This document shows, in pieces, positions 56,030-64,000 of a stretch of 64,000 nucleotides of DNA. Position 1 is the stretch's first letter, and each line of letters starts with the position of its first letter. The notes beneath the pieces are model-generated. The model did not search any database, had not been told where the DNA came from, and worked only from the letters and a program-made list of their open reading frames with translations. Origin of the DNA: Candidatus Angelobacter sp. (GTDB lineage Bacteria > Acidobacteriota > Terriglobia > Terriglobales > Acidobacteriaceae); NCBI GenBank assembly GCA_035703825.1, contig DASSXL010000219.1:10189-74188 (forward strand), in the 5' to 3' direction. Made by a program: the position numbers and the translations under genes.

Positions 56030-57148
56030 ATGGGGGCCAACGTGGCAAGAACGAAAGCGGCAACAGGGGAGTTCAGCAAGCGCAATCTGGTTATTTTGGG
56101 CGCGGTAATCGGGTTCCTGTATGGTTTTGGCCTTCGCATCCTGGCCAACTCTTCATTGAGTCATGTTGCCGTGATGACCATGGGATTCACCTGCCTCATG
56201 CCTTTTGCCATGGGCTGCATCACGGTCTATTTTGCCGAAATCGGGCAGCCGCGGCGCGTGTGGACATGGATATGGCTGCCGTGGGTGCCGCTGCTGGCGG
56301 CCCTTGGGGCCACGATGCTGGCTCTGCTGGAAGGCCTGATCTGCGTGGCGATGTTCGCGCCGCTGGCCATGATTCTGGCCAGCCTGGGCGGTTTGCTGGG
56401 CGGTCTGGCTGCGCGGCTGATACGTTCGCATCGGGCCAGGCGTGTGACCATGGCCTGCGTAATGGCGCTTCCCCTGGTCACTGCGCCATGGGAGAAGCAG
56501 GTCCTCTATCGCCTGGAAGAACGGGAAGTTGAAAACGTGATCGACATAAAAGCCTCGCCGGAAGTGATATGGCGCAACATAGCAAGCGTGCGGGCAATCC
56601 GGCCGGAAGAGCTGCCGGCTAGCTGGAGCCACCGCATCGGTTTCCCCGATCCTGTGGAGGCGACGCTCTCGCACGAAGGCGTGGGCGGCGTGCGCAATGC
56701 GACCTTTACCGGCGGGTTGTATTTTCTTGAGACCGTGGACGTATGGAAACCGCAGCAGCGGCTGGGGTTCACCATCGCGGCGCAAACCGACCTGATCCCG
56801 CCCACCACGCTGGACGAGCACGTGCGCGTGGGCGGCCCGTATTTTGACGTGCTGCGGGGCGAGTATCGTCTGGAGCCAATGGCCAATGGGACTATCCGGT
56901 TGCATCTTTCAAGCCGGCATCGTGTTTCCACCAATTTCAACTGGTATGCGCATCTGTGGACGGATGCGATCATGTCGGATTTGCAGAAGAGGATTTTGGT
57001 TGTGATACGGCAAAGGTGCGAGGCACAGCCTGCGCGGGCGCGGGATCGGGAAAAGCGAGAACCTACCATGGAGACACGGAGAAAAGCCAGAGATGTAAGA
57101 GAGTGGCCGGGCACGAGGGCATCGCGGCGCGAGACTTTGATCGAGTGA
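56030..57148 (+). CDS. Membrane-anchored SRPBCC (START/Bet v1-like, polyketide cyclase-type) domain protein
   Basis: Four N-terminal hydrophobic segments. The C-terminal EVIWRNIASV...FLETVDVWKPQQRLGFTI...YRLEP..NGTIRLHLSS fits the SRPBCC pattern. ATG 56030 is preferred over TTG 56006. The tail reads into cacggagaaaa word sequence. Confidence 0.65.
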   Translation: MGANVARTKAATGEFSKRNLVILGAVIGFLYGFGLRILANSSLSHVAVMTMGFTCLMPFAMGCITVYFAEIGQPRRVWTWIWLPWVPLLAALGATMLALLEGLICVAMFAPLAMILASLGGLLGGLAARLIRSHRARRVTMACVMALPLVTAPWEKQVLYRLEEREVENVIDIKASPEVIWRNIASVRAIRPEELPASWSHRIGFPDPVEATLSHEGVGGVRNATFTGGLYFLETVDVWKPQQRLGFTIAAQTDLIPPTTLDEHVRVGGPYFDVLRGEYRLEPMANGTIRLHLSSRHRVSTNFNWYAHLWTDAIMSDLQKRILVVIRQRCEAQPARARDREKREPTMETRRKARDVREWPGTRASRRETLIE

Positions 57149-57208
57149 TCGCGCGTAATCGATAAGACAAAACTCTTAAGGTCTGGGATGCACTACGGGA
57201 CGCAATGG

Positions 57209-57772
57209 CTACTTGCCATCATCATCATCCTTATCGTCTTCATCATCCAGGCCGGCGCTGGCCAGGAGTTCGCGCAGTGCGCCTTCACCGGCCGCGCCGC
57301 GCTGTTCGCCGGCAACGTTGCCATCGCGGTCGATCGCGACGTAGATCGGGTAAACCTTGGCTTCAAACATGGCGGCGAGGTTGGTTTCATCCATAAAGAC
57401 GATGCGGGTTGAGCGCGGGTGCTGCTCCAGATACTTCTTCACCGTTTTTCTGGATTCCCCGACGTTGATGGCCAGGATGACCAGGCCTTTGTTGGAATAA
57501 GCGTCGTTAATCCGGTCGACAAAGCCGGCTTCCTGGAGGCAGAAGCCGCACCATGTGGTCCAGAATTCCAGCAGCACGACCTTGCCTTTCAAAGAGTCAT
57601 TATTGAACTTTTCGCCGCGCGTGGTGGTGGCGTTGAAGCGGGGCGCGGGTTCTCTAGACTTGGTTTTAGCCGCGACGGGACCGGCAGTGGTGCAGAGCAG
57701 GCAGGAGATGATGAAGCTGATCAGCGCGGGGCGCAAGGTGTTTCGCGTTCTCATGGAGCGGAACTTTACCAC
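57209..57772 (-). CDS. Secreted thioredoxin-fold thiol:disulfide oxidoreductase (TlpA/redoxin family)
   Basis: Signal/TM segment; LLEFWTTWCGFCLQE (CxxC); acidic tail DDEDDKDDDDGK. Confidence 0.8.
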   Translation of the reverse strand: MVKFRSMRTRNTLRPALISFIISCLLCTTAGPVAAKTKSREPAPRFNATTTRGEKFNNDSLKGKVVLLEFWTTWCGFCLQEAGFVDRINDAYSNKGLVILAINVGESRKTVKKYLEQHPRSTRIVFMDETNLAAMFEAKVYPIYVAIDRDGNVAGEQRGAAGEGALRELLASAGLDDEDDKDDDDGK

Positions 57773-58079
57773 AGATGCTTGTAGTTTGAGAGTTGTTTCG
57801 TAGCTCTAGGGATAACGCGAAAGGTAGGTCACGATAGTTTTCTGAAAAAGCCCCAGTTCAATAGCAGGCTGTTGATTGATCAGGGGAGTGCGTGGCAGCC
57901 CGGACGAATTTCAGGATGGGTCTGAGCGGGGGTGGGCACATATATTACTGTCCGTGGCTGCCTCATGGTTACCAAACACAGGCAATAGCGCCTCCACCTC
58001 AGCAGACGAAATCGTGTCCGCTGGGGCCACGGCGCCTGTACCACATCATTCAAGCCAATGTTCAGATCCTAAAACTGCC

Positions 58080-58988
58080 CTACTGAAGAGCAAAATTGCA
58101 GACGCTGAGCGTGGCGTCATCGGGTCCGTTGACGAGCAAACCCCAGCCCGCAAGGGTCGTTACACCCCGCTGGTTGGGGGGCACCTGGAGGTTGGTCCCC
58201 AGCGGAATCTCGGTTGCCCCGGGAGCAGTGACAAAAAGGGAATAGGTAGCTGCGGGAAGATTTTCCGTCAAACGGAAACGATAGGTTTGGCCCGCAGAAT
58301 AGGGAATGTTTGAAGGAACAAGCACGTCTCCGTTAACGGCTTGGATCAAGCCGGCAGGGCTCAGGTGGATAAACTCGCTTAGTAGAGGATGCGAACCGGG
58401 ACCTGGAGCAAAGAAACCAAGGGAAGCGTCCATGGTGGCGGAAGGCGTGACATCAAAGGTCGCCGTGAAGCCATGGGCAGCGGGGGTGGAAGGTAAGCTC
58501 ACCCGCTGAATCCCTGATCCGGCAGGGGAATTTACGCAGCCTGCGGGAATGACCGCGCTGACGGTTGACGCGGTGCCTTGCACGGAGGCAGTGACCGAAA
58601 CATTTTGGGACACATTGTTTGTTGAATCAGAGGCGGTGATTGTGATGGTGACATTGCCGGAAGGCGCGGTGCTGATGGCCGAAACTGTGAGCACCGCGGA
58701 ACCGGAGCCGCCCGTGATTGAGGTGGTGTCCAGGCTGGCGGCAACGTTGGAATTTGCCGCAGACGCGCTGAGGGTGACGGTCCCGGTAAAACCATTTACC
58801 GTCTGTACGCTGATCGTGTATGTGGCGGAGGCGCCCGCCGAAATGGACTGTGACGTAGGATTGGCCGACAATGAAAATTCCGAGTTGCCGCCACCGCTGC
58901 CGGAGCCGTTCAGCGTCCGGCGCGGAGAAATTACGCAGGCATTCGCCATCAGGAACAATGCCGCCAGCAGGAGCCCAAACTTACGCAT
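58080..58988 (-). CDS. Hypothetical lipoprotein with Ser/Thr-rich Ig-like N-terminal repeats
   Basis: Lipobox LFLMANAC. Repeated TYTISV..., VTLSASA, VTITITA beta-strand patterns. Confidence 0.6.
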   Translation of the reverse strand: MRKFGLLLAALFLMANACVISPRRTLNGSGSGGGNSEFSLSANPTSQSISAGASATYTISVQTVNGFTGTVTLSASAANSNVAASLDTTSITGGSGSAVLTVSAISTAPSGNVTITITASDSTNNVSQNVSVTASVQGTASTVSAVIPAGCVNSPAGSGIQRVSLPSTPAAHGFTATFDVTPSATMDASLGFFAPGPGSHPLLSEFIHLSPAGLIQAVNGDVLVPSNIPYSAGQTYRFRLTENLPAATYSLFVTAPGATEIPLGTNLQVPPNQRGVTTLAGWGLLVNGPDDATLSVCNFALQ

Positions 58989-59283
58989 GAATCCTCTTTT
59001 TCCGCAGACGCTTATGGATGATTTGGCTTCTCCCGCGAATCCTTTTGTCCCGAATGTTTGCGGGAACCGAGGATGTCGCCAGGCAAGAGAGGCGCGTCAA
59101 AACAGAAAGATAATTTCATTGGATTCCCGGGAGCAGCCCAGGTGTTTGCTGGATGGCGGCAAGAAATGGTAAAGAGTTGAGGTATTTTGTAAAACCTGTG
59201 TAAGTCCATGGCTCCGATGAAGACTCCTTAAGGCGCTTCTAAGGGGTTATTGCGGATATACTGCGCAGCGGAGGGACAACGTT

Positions 59284-59697
59284 ATGTTTCCCCAACTCGC
59301 CGGTCTTGAAGATGTCGCGATTTTGTTGCTACGGTTGATGGTGGGAGCTGTGTTTGCGGCCAGCGGCTGGAGCCACTTAAAAGACCCGGAAACCCGCAGC
59401 AAGAGCATTGGCATGAGCAAGGTCTTTACGGTCTTTCTGGGAGCGGCCGAGATAGCGGGCGCTCTGGGCGTGGCGTTCGGCGTATTAACTCAACTGGCCG
59501 CAGCGGGGCTGATTCTGCTGATGCTGGGCGCCATCCAGAAGAAAATATTCGTATGGAAGACCGGTTTCTGGGGCAAGCACGGCACTGACGGCTGGCACTA
59601 CGACCTGATGCTGGTGGTGATGAACCTGGCGATCATGGTCACGAATGGCGGGAAGTACGTGCTGTGGATGGAGCTTCAACGGTTCGCTGGAAGCTGA
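59284..59697 (+). CDS. DoxX-family membrane protein
   Basis: LLLRLMVGAVFAASGWSHL and four TM segments are typical of DoxX. Confidence 0.75.
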   Translation: MFPQLAGLEDVAILLLRLMVGAVFAASGWSHLKDPETRSKSIGMSKVFTVFLGAAEIAGALGVAFGVLTQLAAAGLILLMLGAIQKKIFVWKTGFWGKHGTDGWHYDLMLVVMNLAIMVTNGGKYVLWMELQRFAGS

Positions 59698-59743
59698 GCG
59701 TTGCCGTGGCGTAGATTCCTTGACCGGAAAGCGGCGGTGAAGC

Positions 59744-60727
59744 TTATTTCAGCTTCACCAGCCCAACCACGTCTCCTCCGCTGGGATCGACAGCGTGGAC
59801 CCAGACGTTGTTGAAACCGTCTTTCAATTCGGGATACTGGGCAATCATGGCGTTGGCCAGGCCGCGAGCGTCGGCCTGGGTGGCATTGAAATCGGCGGTG
59901 CTGGGCACGGAGTATTTCATCGAGAGGTCAAAATTCTTCTCGTTGCGGAAGATCGTCATCTCGGTGATGTTGTAAGTTTTTCCGCCGGCCGAAAAAGCGA
60001 CTGGCTTTCCGCCCACGGGCACGTCCTTGGGCATGATGCCGTTGGATTCCTGGGTAATCTTGGTGAGCATGTTGGAATTCATGAAGGTCACCGGGGCTAG
60101 CAGGTCCCAGGAAGTGAGGTAGTAGAACCACGCGTTGTGGGCCTGGCCTTTGCTCTTGTAGTCGCGGGCCTGTTGCAGATACCAGAGCCCATCATGCCCA
60201 ACAGCGGAACCAGGGCGGATATAGTATCCGGCAAGCTTCCAGCCGCCGGCATCCTGAAAGATGATCGTCAAAGCATACGGGCCCTTATTGCCGACGAAAT
60301 CCTGGATGGCGATGGCATATTTGCCGACAGGCAATCCGGGGATATCAAATTCCGCGGTGCTGTTGCTCATGCCGCTGGCGCCGAAGACACCGCAGTAAAA
60401 AGTGCCGTCGGGGCCGGGATTAGAACCTGTATCGAGCAGGTAGATGCTGCGGAGTTGGGCTTTGGCGCCGGAGAAGGCGTCTTTGTTATCGCTTACCGCG
60501 CCGGAGATGCCGCTGAAATTGGATTGCAGTGAGGGAATAGCACTGGCTTGCAAAGCCTGCACATCGCCACGGGCCGATTGATCATAAGCCTGCTGTGCTG
60601 CTGCTTCCACAGCTTTGCGCGCCGGTTCGGCTATTTCATCCTTGCTCTGGCAGGTCTGCGCGGAAACGGATACGGCCCCAGCCATGACCAGGGATGCTGC
60701 AAGTATTTTGAAAGTAAGCTGTCTCAT
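59744..60727 (-). CDS. Hypothetical secreted protein
   Basis: Start placed at ATG 60727 (MRQLTFKILAASLVMAGAVSVSAQ signal peptide). No motif recognised. Confidence 0.6.
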   Translation of the reverse strand: MRQLTFKILAASLVMAGAVSVSAQTCQSKDEIAEPARKAVEAAAQQAYDQSARGDVQALQASAIPSLQSNFSGISGAVSDNKDAFSGAKAQLRSIYLLDTGSNPGPDGTFYCGVFGASGMSNSTAEFDIPGLPVGKYAIAIQDFVGNKGPYALTIIFQDAGGWKLAGYYIRPGSAVGHDGLWYLQQARDYKSKGQAHNAWFYYLTSWDLLAPVTFMNSNMLTKITQESNGIMPKDVPVGGKPVAFSAGGKTYNITEMTIFRNEKNFDLSMKYSVPSTADFNATQADARGLANAMIAQYPELKDGFNNVWVHAVDPSGGDVVGLVKLK

Positions 60728-61006
60728 ATAAAGTGCGGTACTCCGGTTTATTTTAAGATGCCCGGAAGGGCTTTTCAGATGCACGGAACGTCCCCAGCCT
60801 GCTCGTAACTACTAGGTAAATATATCCTTGCAGGGCAGCAGCGGGGAAGCAAGACTTGGTGGCCAAATCTCGATTTCGGGACACGGAGGCCGGGAAATTA
60901 ATCTTCGGCAAGTTATGGCGGGCAGATCGTTCTTTTGATAAGAAGTAGTAAAATCCTTGGAACACACAAATTTGCGGAATCGAGGCTCCGACTCACCAAC
61001 CATCAC

Positions 61007-61792
61007 ATGGCGCGTTTACCTTTCATTACGGGCGGGATTCTTTTGCTCATGGGATCTGCGTGTTTGGCGCTGGGTCAAACTGCGCGTCCCGTGTTTCCAA
61101 GTCAGCGCCCCACTCAGCCGCCCGTTACCGTGCCGCAGGCTAACCGGCCGCAACTCCCTGCTGGCGCAGGCAGCCAGCCACAGCAGGCGGTATCACGTCC
61201 GGCGGATTCTCCCCTGGGCCCACCTGTGGCGCCGGTGGTCACGTATCGTGACGGACTGTTGACCGTTCAGGCTCTGAACTCAAACCTCAGCAGCGTGGTG
61301 ACGGCCATCCGCAATAAGACCGGAATTGAATTTGAGGGCGCGGAAAATATCTCTGAAAGGGTGGCGATCTCGCTGGGGCCGGCGCCTGAAGGCGATGTGC
61401 TGGCGGCAATCTTTACTGGATCGAACTATGACTTTGTGGCCCTGGGCAGGCCAGACAGTCCGACGATTGTGCAGCGGGTGATTTTGACCGTTAAAAACAG
61501 GCCGGGGGCGCCGGCAGCAGCGCAGGCTCCGGCTCGGCAGCCCCAGCAGGGAGAAGGCGAGGAGGAAGAGGTCCCTGACGAGCAGCCAAATGCCGGCGAT
61601 CCGCAGGATACGCCGGTGCAACCTCCGCAAATCCCGCAGCAGCCGCCGCCGCAGGCGGAAAACCAGCAGCAGCAACCGAAGACGCCGGAGCAGTTGTTGC
61701 AGGAATTGCAGCAGATGCAGAACCAGAAGGCGCCTCCGGACCCGCAGAACCCAAGTACAGCTCCGCGCAAGTTGCCACCGCGCTCTTTTTAA
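61007..61792 (+). CDS. Hypothetical secreted Pro/Gln-rich protein
   Basis: Start placed at ATG 61007 (MARLPFITGGILLLMGSACLALG). One small globular segment between Pro/Gln-rich low-complexity regions. Confidence 0.55.
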   Translation: MARLPFITGGILLLMGSACLALGQTARPVFPSQRPTQPPVTVPQANRPQLPAGAGSQPQQAVSRPADSPLGPPVAPVVTYRDGLLTVQALNSNLSSVVTAIRNKTGIEFEGAENISERVAISLGPAPEGDVLAAIFTGSNYDFVALGRPDSPTIVQRVILTVKNRPGAPAAAQAPARQPQQGEGEEEEVPDEQPNAGDPQDTPVQPPQIPQQPPPQAENQQQQPKTPEQLLQELQQMQNQKAPPDPQNPSTAPRKLPPRSF

Positions 61793-61916
61793 GGACTTTG
61801 ATACGTCTCGCTTTTTTGAGCGCCTGGGCGCGATGGGCCAGCGAGGTTGCCGGCCGGGAATTTCTCCAAAATTAGCCAGCTTTGGCCTGGAAGCTTGGTA
61901 ACAACTAGGTGAGAAC

Positions 61917-62327
61917 GTGGAATATCTGATTGGCCTGCTATTAGCCGGCGTCGTGGTGGTTTTTTCTGCGTTGATCGGTCTCGATCGCGAGCGTTCTTTC
62001 TATGTGACGACGCTCGTTGTAGTTGCTTCTTATTACGCCCTGTTCGCCGTAATGGGCGGCTCAGTGCATACGCTGATCATCGAAATCCTGGCCGCGAGCG
62101 TTTTTTGCATCCTAGCCGCACTTGGTTTCAAAGGAAGTCTGTGGCTGGTGGCCGTTGGGTTGATCGGTCATGGAGTGTTTGATTTCGTTCGTCGCGGATT
62201 CATTGAAAATCCCGGCCTACCGCGCTGGTGGCCAGGTTTCTGCATGGCCTTCGATGTGATTTTTGGCGGCTGGCTGGTTGTGCGCTTGCTGCAGAAGATG
62301 AATTTTTCAAATGAACGCAAGGCCTGA
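61917..62327 (+). CDS. Hypothetical 4-TM membrane protein
   Basis: Four hydrophobic helices; GTG start listed. Confidence 0.5.
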   Translation: MEYLIGLLLAGVVVVFSALIGLDRERSFYVTTLVVVASYYALFAVMGGSVHTLIIEILAASVFCILAALGFKGSLWLVAVGLIGHGVFDFVRRGFIENPGLPRWWPGFCMAFDVIFGGWLVVRLLQKMNFSNERKA

Positions 62328-62431
62328 ACCAGGCAAATAGCCGGTTTGAGGCGGAAGATTGGAACAGTTGTTCGTGAAAAACTCGTCCGTTTGCATCGAG
62401 CGTTCACGAAGACCAACCGTGCGGGCGGCGA

Positions 62432-62608
62432 TTAGTGGCTTGATGCCGTGGTCGCAATCACCGCGGTGGCAGTCGTCTTGCTCTCCACGTTTCTATGGGC
62501 AAAAGCGTGCAGGATCGCGCTGATAACAGCGTAACCGCAGGCAATACCAAAGGCGAGTGAAAACAGAATGGTAAAGAGCACGGTGGAAGAAGCCAGAATG
62601 GGATTCAT
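62432..62608 (-). CDS. Possible small membrane protein (58 aa, below the ORF-track length cutoff)
   Basis: Hand translation from ATG (CAT 62606-62608): MNPILASSTVLFTILFSLAFGIACGYAVISAILHAFAHRNVESKTTATAVIATTASSH, stop at 62432-62434. It has one or two hydrophobic helices and competes with the unconvincing listed ORF 62493..62687. Confidence 0.35.
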   Translation of the reverse strand: MNPILASSTVLFTILFSLAFGIACGYAVISAILHAFAHRNVESKTTATAVIATTASSH

Positions 62609-62930
62609 TGTCCAATCTCTTTGATGGTCCTTTTCTCAGGCCGGTTGGTTTCACCAGCCGAATGCATTGTCGGCAATATTGGTTCAAATGTCTGCATTAC
62701 CGCCGCTGCTGCACCCTCGATAGCTCATCATGCCCTTTGGTCATAAAGCCCGCAAATAACTGAAGTCACAAGGGTAAATCCCTGAGCCGGCAGGCGGAAT
62801 TGACGCGCCCTCAAGGCGAAGCTAAGATACGGAGTAGAGCTGTGCGCTGACCCTCCAGACCCGGTAGTGGCGGTCTGCCTTTGTTTTTATGGGGTTGCAT
62901 GCAGTTTCCCGAACCAGGTTCAAAAGGCCC

Positions 62931-64000
62931 ATGGCTATCAGCAACATCACCGTGCGCGGCGCTCGCCAGCATAATTTGAAGAACATTTCGGTAGAGATCC
63001 CGCGCAACACGCTCACGGTGATTACGGGGCTCAGCGGTTCGGGCAAATCGTCGCTCGCTTTCGATACCATTTATGCCGAAGGCCAGCGCCGCTATGTGGA
63101 AACGCTCTCCGCTTACGCGCGCCAGTTTCTTGACCAGATGGAGCGGCCGGACGTTGACTCAATTGACGGCCTGAGCCCGGCGATCTCCATTGAGCAGAAG
63201 ACTACCTCGCGCAGCCCGCGGTCCACAGTCGGGACAATTACTGAGATTTACGATTATTTACGCCTGCTCTATGCCTCCGTCGGCGTACCGCACTGCCCGC
63301 AATGCGGAAAGCCCATCAGCCGCCAGTCGTCAGACCAGATTGTGCAACGCGTGATGCAGTTGAAAGCGGAAGATCGCGTGATGATCATGGCCCCGCTCGT
63401 CCGCGGACGCAAAGGCGAGTTCAAGGAGGAACTGGCCAAGCTGGCGCAACACGGTTTTGTGCGCGCGCGCATCGATGGCGAGCTTCGCCACCTGGATGAA
63501 GAGCTCGATGAAATCCAGCTCGACAAGCGCAAGAACCACACCATTGAAGTGGTGATCGATCGTTTGCTGGTCAAGCCCGGAATTGAGAAGCGGCTGGAGC
63601 AGTCCGTAGCCACGGCTATGAAGCTGGGCAAGGGGCTGGTGCTGGTGGCAATCGTGAATGGCGACGAGCATCTCTATTCCGCGCGCATGGCGTGCCCCGA
63701 TTGCGGCATCAACATCCCGGCGCTGGAGCCTCGCTCGTTTTCTTTTAACAGCGTTTATGGCGCGTGCCCGGAATGTAATGGGCTTGGCAGCAAATATGAT
63801 TTTGATCCGGCCAAGATCATTGTGGACTGGTCCAAGCCGCTGCTGGATGGCGCGCTCGGTCCCGGTTCGGGCTCGACCTATCTGCAACGGATGGTCGATA
63901 TCGTTGCCGCCGCCTATAAGCTTGATCTGTCAACGCCGTTTGAAAAGTTTCCCGCCAAGATCCAGAACCTGCTGCTCTACGGACCCGATGAAAAAGAAGC
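62931..64000 (+). CDS. uvrA: Excinuclease ABC subunit A; C-terminal part lies beyond the right window edge
   Basis: Hand translation from ATG 62931: [67 protein letters not shown]...CPQCGKPI. Open to the window end, hence absent from the ORF track. Confidence 0.95.
   Translation, partial: MAISNITVRGARQHNLKNISVEIPRNTLTVITGLSGSGKSSLAFDTIYAEGQRRYVETLSAYARQFLDQMERPDVDSIDGLSPAISIEQKTTSRSPRSTVGTITEIYDYLRLLYASVGVPHCPQCGKPISRQSSDQIVQRVMQLKAEDRVMIMAPLVRGRKGEFKEELAKLAQHGFVRARIDGELRHLDEELDEIQLDKRKNHTIEVVIDRLLVKPGIEKRLEQSVATAMKLGKGLVLVAIVNGDEHLYSARMACPDCGINIPALEPRSFSFNSVYGACPECNGLGSKYDFDPAKIIVDWSKPLLDGALGPGSGSTYLQRMVDIVAAAYKLDLSTPFEKFPAKIQNLLLYGPDEKE

Noticed and set aside
62493-62687. 64 aa minus-strand ORF (MNQYCRQCIRL...)
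   Set aside because: Cys/Arg-rich and implausible. A different frame on the same strand (62432..62608) encodes a coherent hydrophobic peptide.
62911-62921. GAACCAGGTTC dyad 10 nt upstream of uvrA, considered as a LexA (SOS) box
   Set aside because: The half-site spacing (N3) differs from the twin dyads at 55956/56006 (N2) and from the LexA consensus sequences I can recall. A single 4+4 dyad is expected by chance.

Overview
About 58% GC chromosomal segment whose gene content and repeat style look Acidobacteria-like; that taxonomic guess is inference only. I saw no rRNA, tRNA or CRISPR array by eye. Housekeeping content: an M20 peptidase (truncated at the left edge), an ALDH plus LeuA-like pair, truA, an orphan TolC-like OMP, and an aromatic amino-acid supraoperon (trpC-trpF-trpB-[inserted four-helix-bundle gene]-trpA-chorismate mutase-DAHP synthase-tyrA fusion). 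Also present: a split B12-dependent acyl-CoA mutase, scoA-MOSC-scoB, mtnA, gpmI, a secreted tyrosinase, and uvrA (truncated at the right edge). Four things stand out. (1) A 14.8 kb tandem array of seven secreted transglutaminase-like paralogues (15977-30751). Five have the catalytic Cys position substituted and two keep a Cys/His/Asp pattern. (2) A dense population of about 150-165 bp MITE-like elements with about 48 nt terminal inverted repeats. Most are nested inside locus-specific inverted 'word' repeats, and several supply stop or start codons or in-frame insertions to neighbouring genes. (3) A frameshifted REP-associated tyrosine transposase (RAYT) bounded by about 65 bp REP-containing inverted repeats, lying beside a low-GC island (7.6-9.9 kb). 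The island holds an HNH-like gene and orphan genes; an ORF-free structured block and a PD-(D/E)xK-type nuclease gene follow it. (4) An inverted-repeat-bounded four-helix-bundle (Avd / 23S-IVS-protein-like) gene cassette inserted exactly between trpB and trpA. All family assignments come from motif recognition by eye and need HMM or BLAST confirmation.
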